Position numbers and translations under genes: made by a program | Assembly: GCA_963753435.1 (NCBI GenBank) | Contig: CAVWCF010000001.1 | Coordinates: 1,440,001-1,504,000, forward strand | Source of the DNA: an uncultured Actinomycetota bacterium | GTDB lineage: Bacteria; Actinomycetota; Actinomycetes; CAVWCF01 | DNA: 64,000 nucleotides | Direction of reading: 5' to 3' | Notes under the pieces: model-generated | What the model was told of the DNA's origin: nothing | What the model saw: the letters and a program-made list of their open reading frames with translations, nothing else | The model's database searches: none | In this document: positions 9,647 to 18,465 of the stretch, piece after piece | How positions within the stretch are numbered: position 1 is the stretch's first letter | Layout of the letters: each line of letters starts with the position of its first letter

Positions 9647-10564
9647 CAGCGACACCTGCATGTGTGGCGGCTCGGCGAACCAAAGCCGTTTGCCGTTGCG
9701 GCGAAACGGCGATGGCACCCGCCCGCCAGCTTCCAGCAGGCCGCGGGCGACCGTCTTGCTCTTGGCGCTCACCCCGGACGGCGTGGTCGGTGCTTCCAGG
9801 CCCACGCCGTGCGCGGTGCCGCCGCTGGCAACGATCAGGTCGGCCGCGCGGCTCACCCGGCGCTGTCGGTACCCGATGCGCTCCCCGGTGGTGACCCGGT
9901 GCACGGCCAAGACCTGAGCGCGCACCTGCAGGGTTTCGCGCTTGCCCAGCCAGAGCCGGGTGCCGACGCGCTGGTGCAGCGGCCAGGCCGGGTGTGCCCC
10001 CCGGACGGCCTCGACTTCTTCGTCGGTCAGGTGACTGACCCACAACGGGACCGGACCCAGACCCACCGCTTCGACGGCCGCCACGACCGAACCCACCTCT
10101 TGGACCCGCGCCCCTGGCTCGGCATCCAGCGGTAGGTGCACCGCCACGCCCCGGCTCAGATCGGTGATGCTGCCCAGCGTGGCGGCCGGGATGCCGAAAC
10201 GCATCACCGAACTCAGCACCTCGACCACATACGGCACGCCGGCGTCGGCCAGGCCGGTCACGGCGTCCAATGTGGCTGCGGTGTAGACGGTCCCGTCGGT
10301 CCGCGGCGCCGGGTCCAGACCGCGCTGCCACGGCTGCAGGACGAGCAGGTCGGCGTCGGTGTGCGGCCGCACCTCGTCAAGTTCTGAGATCGTGCCGACC
10401 GCGAGCATGCGTGCGCCGGCTCGTCTGGCTTCGGCCGCGGTTCGCGCCAGCCCCAGGCCGTAGCCGTTGCCCTTGGTCACCGGGACCAGGTCGGCATCGG
10501 CGCTGATCAACGCCGCGAGGTGCTGGCGCCAACCATTCGCGTCGACGTGGAGTTCGTAGGTCAT
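9545..10564 (-). CDS. Alanine-racemase-like PLP-dependent protein
   Basis: VPVTKGNGYG PLP-lysine motif; ATG at 10564 overlaps the femX stop (ATGA). Confidence 0.82.
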   Translation of the reverse strand: MTYELHVDANGWRQHLAALISADADLVPVTKGNGYGLGLARTAAEARRAGARMLAVGTISELDEVRPHTDADLLVLQPWQRGLDPAPRTDGTVYTAATLDAVTGLADAGVPYVVEVLSSVMRFGIPAATLGSITDLSRGVAVHLPLDAEPGARVQEVGSVVAAVEAVGLGPVPLWVSHLTDEEVEAVRGAHPAWPLHQRVGTRLWLGKRETLQVRAQVLAVHRVTTGERIGYRQRRVSRAADLIVASGGTAHGVGLEAPTTPSGVSAKSKTVARGLLEAGGRVPSPFRRNGKRLWFAEPPHMQVSLLLARPGMAPDVGSFLDVDARMTTAAFDRVLGWD

Positions 10565-11691
10565 GACCGCCGCCGCAGGTAGGCAGAGAAGGCCGCGTAC
10601 AGCGGCCGGTTGATCGGATAGTCGAACTCGCCCAGATACTCGACCGCGTCGCCACCGGTGCCGACCTTGAAGCGAATCAACCCGAACAGCGGGTCGTCCT
10701 CGTCCAAGGTGTCGGAGATGCCGCGCAGGTCGTACGTCGTCGCGCCGGCGGCATGTGCGTCGGTCAGCATTCGCCACTGCAGCGCGTTGGAGGGTCGAAC
10801 GTCTCGGCCTTCGTTCGCGGACGCGCCGTAGGAGTACCAGACGTGCTCGCCCACCTTGACCCAGGTGGCGGCCGCTAGGGCGACCCCCTCGTGCCGGGCC
10901 AGGTACAGCCGGATCCGATCCGGGTCCTCAGCGCGCATTGCCGACCACATGCGTTCGAAGTAGCGCAACGGCCTGGGCGTGAAGCCGTCCCGGGCCGCGG
11001 TGACCCGGTACAAATCGTGGAACGTGGCCAGATCATCGGCGGTCCCCTGGTCGACGGTGACCCCGGCGCGCTCGGCCTTGCGGATGTTGCGCCGCCACAA
11101 CTGATTGAACGAGCCGAACACATCCTCAGTCGAACGCCCGGCCAGCGGCACCTGGAACACATAGCGCGGCTGCACGTCGCCGAAGCCGGCGCCACTGGAC
11201 TGCGGCTGTCGCCATCCGGCAGCGCGCAGCCGTTCGGAAACGGCCAGGGCCTGCGGGTCGGTCTGGTCGGCGGCGAGATCACCGAGTCGGCTCGCTTCGG
11301 CGGCGATCCCGGCCTTGACGGTCGCGTTGGACCAGGTGCGGGTCACCAGCGGCGGACCCATCTTCACCGCGAAGCAGCGCTTGGACCGGGCATGGGCCAG
11401 CAGCGGCCGGACGATGTCGGCGACATCGAAGTCGTACCAGGGCAGGACCGGGCCTTCGGGCAAGTAGGCGAGCCGGTAGCGCAGCCGGGGCACCTGTCGG
11501 TACAGCACCAACCCGGCGCCCACCAGCTCGTCACCGGCGAACCAACCGAGTGACTCGTGGCCCCATTCGGACTTGACCGCGCCCCAGGACGGGCACTGCA
11601 GGAAGGAGACGGCCGGCTGTTCGGCTACCCAGTCCAGGTGCTGTTGAGCGGAGATGACCCGCACTCGCAATGGCCCGGGCTTGGCGCTCAC
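10561..11691 (-). CDS. femX: Lipid II:glycine glycyltransferase, FemX/FemAB family
   Basis: SFLQCPSW, AYLPEGP, FNQLWRRNIRKAE, WYSYGAS, YDLRGI, FKVGTGG motifs. Confidence 0.9.
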   Translation of the reverse strand: MSAKPGPLRVRVISAQQHLDWVAEQPAVSFLQCPSWGAVKSEWGHESLGWFAGDELVGAGLVLYRQVPRLRYRLAYLPEGPVLPWYDFDVADIVRPLLAHARSKRCFAVKMGPPLVTRTWSNATVKAGIAAEASRLGDLAADQTDPQALAVSERLRAAGWRQPQSSGAGFGDVQPRYVFQVPLAGRSTEDVFGSFNQLWRRNIRKAERAGVTVDQGTADDLATFHDLYRVTAARDGFTPRPLRYFERMWSAMRAEDPDRIRLYLARHEGVALAAATWVKVGEHVWYSYGASANEGRDVRPSNALQWRMLTDAHAAGATTYDLRGISDTLDEDDPLFGLIRFKVGTGGDAVEYLGEFDYPINRPLYAAFSAYLRRRS

Positions 11692-12476
11692 AGGTCGAGA
11701 TCCACGATGACGGGGGCGTGATCGGACGGGCCGGTGCCCTTGCGCATCTCGCGATCCACCACCGCGTCGCGCACGGCGGCGGCGAACCCGTCGTTGCCGT
11801 ACACGAGGTCGATGCGCATTCCTTGTCCCTTGTGGAAGGCGCCGCCGCGGTAGTCCCAGTAGGTGTACGGGTGCGGACCCTTGGCGATTCGCGGGATCAC
11901 GTCGTGCAGGCCGAGGTCCCGCAGTCGGGCCAAGGCGTCGCGCTCGGCGTCGGTGACATGGGTGGATCCGACGAAGTGCGCCGGGTCCCATACGTCGGCA
12001 TCGGTCGGGGCGACGTTGTAGTCGCCCAGAATCGCGTACGGCCGGTCCGCGGTGACATCGCCGCTGATCGCCTGGCCGAGCGCATCCAGCCACCGCAGCT
12101 TGTAGGCGTAATGCGGGTTGTCCGGCTCTCGGCCGTTCGGGACGTAGACGCAGGTCACGCGTACGGGCCCGCAGGTGGCGGTGACCGCGCGCGCCTCGAC
12201 CACCTCGGGGTCCCCGAACGCCGGTGCCCCGGTGAACCCGACTTCGACGTCGGTCAGCCCGACCCGCGACAGCACGGCCACCCCGTTCCAGCGCCCCAGT
12301 CCATGGTGGGCCACCTGGTAGCCGGCTTCGGCCAGTTCGGAGTGGGGGAAAGCCTCGTCGGTGACCTTGGTTTCCTGCAGGCAGGCGACGTCGATCGCAC
12401 CTTCGGCCAGCCACGGCAGCAACCGGGGCAGACGCGAGGTGATCGAGTTGACGTTCCAGGTGGCCACCCGCAGCAC
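11688..12476 (-). CDS. xth: Exodeoxyribonuclease III (AP endonuclease)
   Basis: ATWNVNSI, LQETK, YVPNG, GDYN, YTYWDYR, RIDL, SDHAPV motifs. Confidence 0.95.
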   Translation of the reverse strand: MLRVATWNVNSITSRLPRLLPWLAEGAIDVACLQETKVTDEAFPHSELAEAGYQVAHHGLGRWNGVAVLSRVGLTDVEVGFTGAPAFGDPEVVEARAVTATCGPVRVTCVYVPNGREPDNPHYAYKLRWLDALGQAISGDVTADRPYAILGDYNVAPTDADVWDPAHFVGSTHVTDAERDALARLRDLGLHDVIPRIAKGPHPYTYWDYRGGAFHKGQGMRIDLVYGNDGFAAAVRDAVVDREMRKGTGPSDHAPVIVDLDL

Positions 12477-12565
12477 GGGCGCGAGCGTAGCGAGACGATT
12501 TCCGGTCGGTGCCCGCCTGCGGCTACCCTCTGACCCTCGCCCGGTTCTCCGGGCCGACGCAGCAA

Positions 12566-12612
12566 GACCCTCCTGTCACGGATGGACCGTGGCCGCCTAG
12601 TCCAGAGGAGGT
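12566..12612 (+). promoter_or_regulatory. Putative S6:S18 ribosomal-protein leader RNA
   Basis: CCTCCT can pair with the RBS AGGAGG and encloses hairpin GTCACGG/CCGTGGC, directly upstream of rpsF. Confidence 0.6.
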
Positions 12613-12621
12613 AGGGAATAC

Positions 12622-12915
12622 ATGCGTCATTACGAACTGATGGTCATCCTCGATCCCAGCGTCGAGGAGCGCACCGTCGCCCCATCCTTGGAGCAGTTCC
12701 TCGGTGTCATCCGCAACAGCGGTGGTTCCGTCGACTCCGTCGACATCTGGGGTCGTCGCCGACTTGCCTACGAGATCAACAAGCACAGCGAGGGCATCTA
12801 CGCGGTCATTGATCTGACCTGTGAGTCCGACGCCGTCGCGGAACTCGACCGGCAGTTGAACCTCACTGAAGCCGTGCTGCGCACCAAGGTTGTCCGCCCC
12901 GAGATTCGGAAGTAG
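12622..12915 (+). CDS. rpsF: 30S ribosomal protein S6
   Basis: [22 protein letters not shown]. Confidence 0.98.
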   Translation: MRHYELMVILDPSVEERTVAPSLEQFLGVIRNSGGSVDSVDIWGRRRLAYEINKHSEGIYAVIDLTCESDAVAELDRQLNLTEAVLRTKVVRPEIRK

Positions 12916-12922
12916 GCGCCCG

Positions 12923-13393
12923 ATGGCTGGTGACACAGTTATCACCGTGGTCGGCAACCTGACCGACGATCCCGAATTGCGCTTCACCCCGTCCGGTGCC
13001 GCCGTGGCCAACTTCACGGTCGCATCCACGCCGCGGTTCTTCGACAAGCAGACCAACGAGTGGAAGGACGGCGACGCGCTGTTCCTGCGCTGCTCGGTCT
13101 GGCGGCAGTACGCGGAGAACGTGGCCGAGTCGCTGACTCGCGGCGCTCGCGTCATCGTGCAGGGGCGGCTCAAGCAGCGCTCCTACGAGACCCGTGAAGG
13201 CGAGAAGCGCACGGTTGTCGAGTGCGAGGTCGACGAGATCGGCCCGGCGCTCCGTTACGCGACCGCCAAGGTGTCCAAGGTGTCCCGCTCCGGCGGCGGC
13301 TCCGGGGACTCTGGCGCGGCTGACCCCTGGTCGAGCGGTTCGTCGGCTTCCACCGATGACTGGAAGACCGGTGGCGACGAACCACCCTTCTGA
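12923..13393 (+). CDS. ssb: Single-stranded DNA-binding protein
   Basis: [25 protein letters not shown]; C-terminal DEPPF. Confidence 0.98.
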   Translation: MAGDTVITVVGNLTDDPELRFTPSGAAVANFTVASTPRFFDKQTNEWKDGDALFLRCSVWRQYAENVAESLTRGARVIVQGRLKQRSYETREGEKRTVVECEVDEIGPALRYATAKVSKVSRSGGGSGDSGAADPWSSGSSASTDDWKTGGDEPPF

Positions 13394-13466
13394 TGAACGC
13401 GCGACCCAGTCGCATTTGACCTAAGACCATCCCCGCTACGGCGGGGCCCTACCCAGGAGCACCACG

Positions 13467-13706
13467 ATGGCCAAGCCGCCAATTCGCAAGCCAATGAAGA
13501 AGAAGCCGAACCCGTTGACCGCGGGCGGCATCGAGTACGTCGACTACAAGGACACCGCCCTCCTGCGCAAGTTCATCTCCGACCGCGGCAAGATCCGCGC
13601 GCGTCGGGTGACCGGTGTCACCGTTCAGCAGCAGAAGCAGATCGCCAAGGCGGTCAAGAACGCCCGCGAGATGGCGCTGCTGCCCTACACATCCAGCTCG
13701 CGCTGA
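13467..13706 (+). CDS. rpsR: 30S ribosomal protein S18 (Cys-free form)
   Basis: [34 protein letters not shown]. Confidence 0.97.
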   Translation: MAKPPIRKPMKKKPNPLTAGGIEYVDYKDTALLRKFISDRGKIRARRVTGVTVQQQKQIAKAVKNAREMALLPYTSSSR

Positions 13707-13717
13707 GGGGACGGATC

Positions 13718-14164
13718 ATGAAACTCATCCTCAAGCAGGACGTTGACGGCCTGGGTACCCCGGGCGACGTCGTGGACGTCAAGCCGGGTTACGGCCGCAA
13801 CTACCTGGTGCCCCGGGGCCTGGCGATCGCCTGGACCAAGGGCGCGGAGAAGCAGATCGAGCAGATCCGTCGCGCCCGGGCCTCTCGGCAGGTTCGCGAC
13901 CTCGACCACGCCCAGGAGATCGCCGCGGCTCTGGCCGAGGTCACTGTGCAGGTCAGCGCGAAGGCCGGTGACGGCGGACGGCTGTTCGGCTCGGTGACCA
14001 CCGCCGAGATCGCCGAGGCCGTGACGGCCGCCGGCGGTCCGGCGCTGGACAAGCACGCTGTGTCCATCGCCGCGCCGATCAAGACGGTCGGTACGCACCG
14101 GGTCACGGTCAAGTTGCACCCTGAAGTCACTGCGGACGTTGACGTGGAGGTCACCGCCGCCTGA
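13718..14164 (+). CDS. rplI: 50S ribosomal protein L9
   Basis: MKLILKQDV, GYGRNYLVP, GRLFGSVT. Confidence 0.98.
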   Translation: MKLILKQDVDGLGTPGDVVDVKPGYGRNYLVPRGLAIAWTKGAEKQIEQIRRARASRQVRDLDHAQEIAAALAEVTVQVSAKAGDGGRLFGSVTTAEIAEAVTAAGGPALDKHAVSIAAPIKTVGTHRVTVKLHPEVTADVDVEVTAA

Positions 14165-14177
14165 CCGCAACTTGCTT

Positions 14178-14206
14178 CGATGCCCCGGCCTAGCGCCGGG
14201 GCATCG
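14178..14206. terminator. Hairpin terminator between convergent rplI and MATE gene
   Basis: Perfect 12-bp stem CGATGCCCCGGC/GCCGGGGCATCG. Confidence 0.75.
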
Positions 14207-14266
14207 GCATGTCCGGACCAGTACCCCGCAGGTCACCGTCGGCAACGCCGGGGAACAGACCGGTAG

Positions 14267-15583
14267 CTACCGGCTCATCCCGGGCACGGCCCACACATCG
14301 GTGCGGACCCGGCGCCACAGCAGCAGGCCGCGCACCAACATGAACCAGGTCAGCGCCAGCCACAGCGCAACCAGGTTTGCGTCCAGCACCAGCACCGCGA
14401 CCGCGGCGGGAGCGAAGAGCCCGAACATGAGCGTCTGCGCTCCGGCCAGCCACCGGGCGTCCCCCGCCCCGATCAGCACGCCGTCCCAGACGAACACCGG
14501 ACCGGCCAGCGGTTGTTGGGCCGCGACCACGATCAGCGCTCCGGTCAGCGCACTGACCACGACCGGGTCGTCGGTGAACAGCGGCACGTACAGGGGCAGG
14601 ACGGCCAGTAGCAGCAGCCCGAGCACCACGCCCAGCCCGAGTCCCCAGCGGGCCAGGGTTCTGGTCAGGGCGTGGGCGGCCGCGACGGCGCCGGCGCCAA
14701 GGTTTCGTCCGACCATCGCCTGGGCCGCGATCGCCAGCGAGTCGTGCGCCAGCGCCAGCAGGAACCACGTGGTCATCGCCACTTGGTAGGCGGCGAGGTC
14801 GGCATCGCCCAGCCGAGCGGCGACGGCGGCGGCCAACAGGAACACCGCGCGCAGCGACACGGTGCGCACGAACAGCGCCCCGCCGGTGCGTGCGGATTGG
14901 CGCATCCCGTCCAGGTGGGGGCGCATGGATGTCCGCGAGCCACCGGCCGCGCGGCGGATCAGCGCCACGTACGCGATCCCGGCGCCTGTTTGCGCGATGA
15001 CTGTTCCCCAGGCCGAGCCGGCGATGCCGTAGTCCAGAACCAGCACGAAGAGGGCGCTCAAGCCTGCGTTCGAGGTGGCCGCGATCGCGGTGACGATCAG
15101 CGGGGTCTTCGTGTCCTGCAACCCGCGCAGCACGCCGGTTCCGGCCAACGTCACCAGCATCGCCGGCAGTCCGAGCAGGCTGATGCGCAAGTAGGTGGCC
15201 GCGAACGGCTCGGCGTCGGCAGAAACCCCGAGCAGGGCGAGCAGGGGGCTGACGAGCAGCCAGCCCGCCGCCGCGAGCACGGCGCCCAGTCCCAGGGCCA
15301 GCCACATGCCGTCTACGCCGCGGCTGACTGCGGTGCTCACGTCGCCGGCGCCGAACAGGCGGGACGTGACCGCGGTGGTGGTGTAGGCCAAGAAGATGCA
15401 CAGGCCCACCACGGTGCCGAGCACGACGGCGGCGGCACCCAAGCCGGCCAGGGGCAGCGTCCCGAGCGTGCCCACGATGGCGGTGTCCACCAGCAAGAAC
15501 AGCGGCTCGGCGACCAGGGCTCCGAAGGCGGGCACGGCCAGGCGCAGGATCTCGCGATCGCGTTCGGACAGCCGGGGTCGCAC
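14267..15583 (-). CDS. MATE-family efflux transporter (DinF-like)
   Basis: EILRLAVPAFGALVAEPLFLLVDTAIVG, LRGLQDTKTPL, VWDGVLIGAGD. Confidence 0.92.
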   Translation of the reverse strand: MRPRLSERDREILRLAVPAFGALVAEPLFLLVDTAIVGTLGTLPLAGLGAAAVVLGTVVGLCIFLAYTTTAVTSRLFGAGDVSTAVSRGVDGMWLALGLGAVLAAAGWLLVSPLLALLGVSADAEPFAATYLRISLLGLPAMLVTLAGTGVLRGLQDTKTPLIVTAIAATSNAGLSALFVLVLDYGIAGSAWGTVIAQTGAGIAYVALIRRAAGGSRTSMRPHLDGMRQSARTGGALFVRTVSLRAVFLLAAAVAARLGDADLAAYQVAMTTWFLLALAHDSLAIAAQAMVGRNLGAGAVAAAHALTRTLARWGLGLGVVLGLLLLAVLPLYVPLFTDDPVVVSALTGALIVVAAQQPLAGPVFVWDGVLIGAGDARWLAGAQTLMFGLFAPAAVAVLVLDANLVALWLALTWFMLVRGLLLWRRVRTDVWAVPGMSR

Positions 15584-15607
15584 GAAGCGCAGAGTGCCAG
15601 CCCCCGC

Positions 15608-15781
15608 TTGTCCAAATACTGGGATGCCGGGATCTGATCTGGATCCACAGGGTGTGGACGGCATCACCGCAGGTCGCGAGGGCCATAGGTCGTAGGTGGC
15701 AAGTGAACCCACAGCCGGGTGCACACGTTGACCACAGGGCTTGGGGCAGTTGTCAACAGGCGCTCCCCAGCCGTGTCCCCA
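15608..15781. promoter_or_regulatory. Cluster of DnaA-box-like 9-mers upstream of dnaB
   Basis: TTGTCCAAA (15608), GGATCCACA (15641), TGTGGACGG (15653), TTGACCACA (15728), TTGTCAACA (15750), GTGTCCCCA (15773); 1-2 mismatches to TT(G/A)TCCACA or its complement. Confidence 0.6.
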
Positions 15782-15826
15782 GCGTTTCTTCCACCTTGTC
15801 GGACCCTGCCGGTAGACCCTGCCCCT

Positions 15827-17185
15827 GTGAGCGTCGCGGATCTGGGTCTGGTCATCGAGCCGGACTACGACCGCACCCCACCGCAGGACGTGGCCGCCGA
15901 GCAGAGCGTTCTCGGGGCGATGATGTTGTCCAAGGACGCGATCGCCGACGTCGTCGAGGTGCTTCGCGGCGTCGACTTCTACCGACCTGCGCACCAGACG
16001 GTCTACGACACCGTCCTGGATTTGTACGGGCGCGGCGAACCGGCCGACGCGGTGACGGTGTCGGCGGAACTGACCAAGAACGGGGATCTGCCACGAATCG
16101 GTGGGGCCCCGTACCTGCACACACTCATCGCCGGGGTGCCCACGGCGGCCAACGCCGCCTACTACGCGCGGATCGTGGCCGAGAAGGCAATCCTGCGCCG
16201 ACTCGTCGAGGCCGGCACGCGCATCGTGCAGATGGGCTATTCAACGGAGGGGACCGACGCTGACGCCGCGGTTGATGCCGCGCAGGCAGAGGTCTACTCG
16301 GTTACTGAGCGACGCGCATCGGAGGACTACCACCCGCTGGCTGACCTGGTCCCCGCCACGTTGGAGGAACTGGACGCGATCTCGCGGCGCGACGGCGAGA
16401 TGCTCGGGGTGCCGACCGGCTTCACTGATCTGGACGCCCTCACGCACGGGCTGCAACCGGGTCAGATGGTCGTGGTGGCGGCGCGTCCTGCCGTCGGTAA
16501 ATCAACGCTTGGCCTGGACTTCGCCCGGGCCGCTTCGATCAAGCACGGGCGCACGTCGGTGGTGTTCAGCCTGGAGATGAGCCGCAGCGAAATCACGATG
16601 CGGCTGTTGTCCGCCGAGGCGCAGGTTCCACTGCACGTGATGCGCTCGGGCATCAACAAGGACGCCGACTGGGAGCGACTGGCTCGCACCATGAGCCGGG
16701 TGTCCGAAGCGCCGCTGTTCATCGATGACAGCCCGAACATGACGATGATGGAGATCCGGGCCAAGTGCCGCCGGCTCAAGCAGCGCAACGATCTGAAGTT
16801 GGTCATCGTCGACTACCTGCAGTTGATGAGCAGCGGGCGCCGGGTGGAGAGTCGGCAGCAAGAGGTGTCGGAGTTCTCCCGGAGCCTGAAGTTGCTGGCC
16901 AAGGAACTCGAGGTTCCGGTGGTGGCGATCAGCCAGCTGAACCGTGGCCCGGAGCAGCGCACTGACAAGAAGCCGCAGATGTCCGACCTGCGGGAATCCG
17001 GCGCGATCGAGCAGGACGCCGACATCGTCATGCTGCTGCACCGGGAGGACCAGTACGACAGGGAGTCCAGCCGCATCGGCGAGGCCGACCTGATCGTGGC
17101 CAAACACCGAAACGGCCCGACCGAGACCATCGCGCTGGTCTTCCAGGGCCACTACAGCCGGTTCGGGGACCTGGCCCGCGACTAG
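15827..17185 (+). CDS. dnaB: Replicative DNA helicase
   Basis: PPQDVAAEQSVLG, ARPAVGKS Walker A, VIVDYLQLM, DLRESGAIEQDAD, KHRNGP; no intein. Confidence 0.97.
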   Translation: MSVADLGLVIEPDYDRTPPQDVAAEQSVLGAMMLSKDAIADVVEVLRGVDFYRPAHQTVYDTVLDLYGRGEPADAVTVSAELTKNGDLPRIGGAPYLHTLIAGVPTAANAAYYARIVAEKAILRRLVEAGTRIVQMGYSTEGTDADAAVDAAQAEVYSVTERRASEDYHPLADLVPATLEELDAISRRDGEMLGVPTGFTDLDALTHGLQPGQMVVVAARPAVGKSTLGLDFARAASIKHGRTSVVFSLEMSRSEITMRLLSAEAQVPLHVMRSGINKDADWERLARTMSRVSEAPLFIDDSPNMTMMEIRAKCRRLKQRNDLKLVIVDYLQLMSSGRRVESRQQEVSEFSRSLKLLAKELEVPVVAISQLNRGPEQRTDKKPQMSDLRESGAIEQDADIVMLLHREDQYDRESSRIGEADLIVAKHRNGPTETIALVFQGHYSRFGDLARD

Positions 17186-17227
17186 GCGGCCCTTGCGAAT
17201 CGCATGTTGTAGCGCCAATATGGCGCC

Positions 17228-17458
17228 ATGCCGAGCATCCAGATCAAGGACGTGCCTTCCGGCACCCACGCGGTGCTGAAGCGGCGGGCGGCGAACGCAC
17301 ATCAGTCGCTGCAGGAGTACCTGCTGGCGCTGCTGGTCAGTCAGGCCGCGCAGCCGACCCTCGACGAAGTACTCGACCGGGCCGGAGCCCGGGCCGGCGG
17401 CGAACTGCCACTGGCGCAAGCAGCTGCGATTGTGCGGGCTGACCGTGATCGTGGTTGA
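17228..17458 (+). CDS. Antitoxin, FitA/VapB-like ribbon-helix-helix
   Basis: MPSIQIKDVP..THAVLKRRA....SLQEYL; overlaps the PIN toxin gene. Confidence 0.85.
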   Translation: MPSIQIKDVPSGTHAVLKRRAANAHQSLQEYLLALLVSQAAQPTLDEVLDRAGARAGGELPLAQAAAIVRADRDRG

Positions 17459-17840
17459 CGCCAGCGTTCTGGTTTCCGCGTTGGTTGACGATGCTGCGGA
17501 CGGTGACCTGGCCAGGCAACGACTGCGCGGTGAACGGCTGTTCGCGCCGGAACTCATCGACCTAGAGGTTGTCTCGGTCCTGCGTAGACAGGTCACGTCC
17601 GGGCGGTTACCGCTGCGTCGGGCCGACCTGGCGGTGCAGGACCTCGCTGCTGTTCCCGTCGCTCGCGCTGCGCACAAACCGTTGCTGCACCGCTGTTGGC
17701 AGTTGCGCGACAGCCTGAGTGCCTACGACGCGGCATACGTGGCACTGGCCGAGTTGCTGGGCGCCGCGCTGGTTACCGCAGATGGCCGGATCGCCCGGGC
17801 CGCTGGCCTCGGTTGCGAGATCGAGGTGCTCGGCCGGTAG
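17445..17840 (+). CDS. vapC: VapC-family PIN-domain toxin
   Basis: VIVVDASVLV, APELIDLEV, SAYDAAYVALAE, LVTAD. Confidence 0.92.
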   Translation: MIVVDASVLVSALVDDAADGDLARQRLRGERLFAPELIDLEVVSVLRRQVTSGRLPLRRADLAVQDLAAVPVARAAHKPLLHRCWQLRDSLSAYDAAYVALAELLGAALVTADGRIARAAGLGCEIEVLGR

Positions 17841-17865
17841 GCGCATAGTGCTGTTCTCGGGTCCC

Positions 17866-17893
17866 TCCAGCACTGAGCGGTTGCTGCCGATAG
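17866..17893 (+). promoter_or_regulatory. Sigma-28 (WhiG/FliA)-like promoter P1
   Basis: TCCA-N16-GCCGATAG about 50 bp upstream of the secreted-protein ATG. Confidence 0.45.
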
Positions 17894-17942
17894 CACTTCG
17901 GAGCGGCCGAGAGGCGGCCGCGCATCACGACCTGGAGGAATC

Positions 17943-18324
17943 ATGGCCAAGCGCCGTCACGTCCTGGCCGGGGTCGCCGCACTCGCCACCTTCGGTGCGG
18001 TCGTCGGCTCGGCCGCCACCCTGGGCGGGATCACGTCCGCATCGCTAGGCGCCGACGCGAGCGTCGTCGCCGGCTGCGACCCGAACGGGATCACCGTTTC
18101 CTACACAACCAGCTTTTGCCGCCGGCGCCTACTCCGTCTCCGGCGTCACCTTGGGTGGCGTCGACGCCGCCTGTAACGGTAAGAACGTGAGCGTCACTCT
18201 TGCCGACGCTTCGAACGCTGCGCTGGGAGAGGCAACGAGCACCGTCGGTGGCCCCGCCCTCACCTTCGCTCCGTCAATCGACGCCGCGGCCGTTGAGAAC
18301 GTGGCCGTGGTCATCGCCGACTGA
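17943..18324 (+). pseudogene. Small secreted pilin/TasA-like protein (126 aa after removing one extra T at 18114-18117)
   Basis: GGAGG RBS; signal peptide MAKRRHVLAGVAALATFGAVVGSAA then TLGGITSASLGA..CDPNG; the shifted frame continues AAGAYSVSGVTLGGVDAACNGKNVSVTLADASN...VENVAVVIAD* with normal GC-rich codons. Confidence 0.75.
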
Positions 18325-18430
18325 ATCGGACCAGTGGCGGCGCTCGGATGGCCGGGCGCCGCCACGTCTGCGCGTTCTAGGCCTCGGGTACCGGCCTTGC
18401 CAACCGCCAGAGTCCGTCACCCGAATGGGC

Positions 18431-18458
18431 TAAACCTGCGGCCGCGACCATCCGATGC
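18431..18458 (+). promoter_or_regulatory. Sigma-28 (WhiG/FliA)-like promoter P2
   Basis: TAAA-N16-TCCGATGC ending 7 nt before GTG 18466. Confidence 0.45.
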
Positions 18459-18465
18459 CTCATCC

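Noticed and set aside
11692-12414. Apparent long N-terminal extension of FemX (617-aa ORF)
   Set aside because: The extension is an alternate frame of xth; the likely start is GTG 11691. The same applies to extensions of MATE, pyrE, padR, Alr-like and MFS ORFs
15600-15826. Possible replication origin (oriC)
   Set aside because: No dnaA/dnaN adjacent and no AT-rich unwinding element; kept only as a DnaA-box cluster
15827-17185. Intein in dnaB
   Set aside because: Protein is normal length (about 452 aa) with uninterrupted motifs
18111-18120. Programmed -1 ribosomal frameshift in the secreted-subunit gene
   Set aside because: The needed shift is +1, there is no X XXY YYZ slippery heptamer, and the many neighbouring indels favour decay or assembly error
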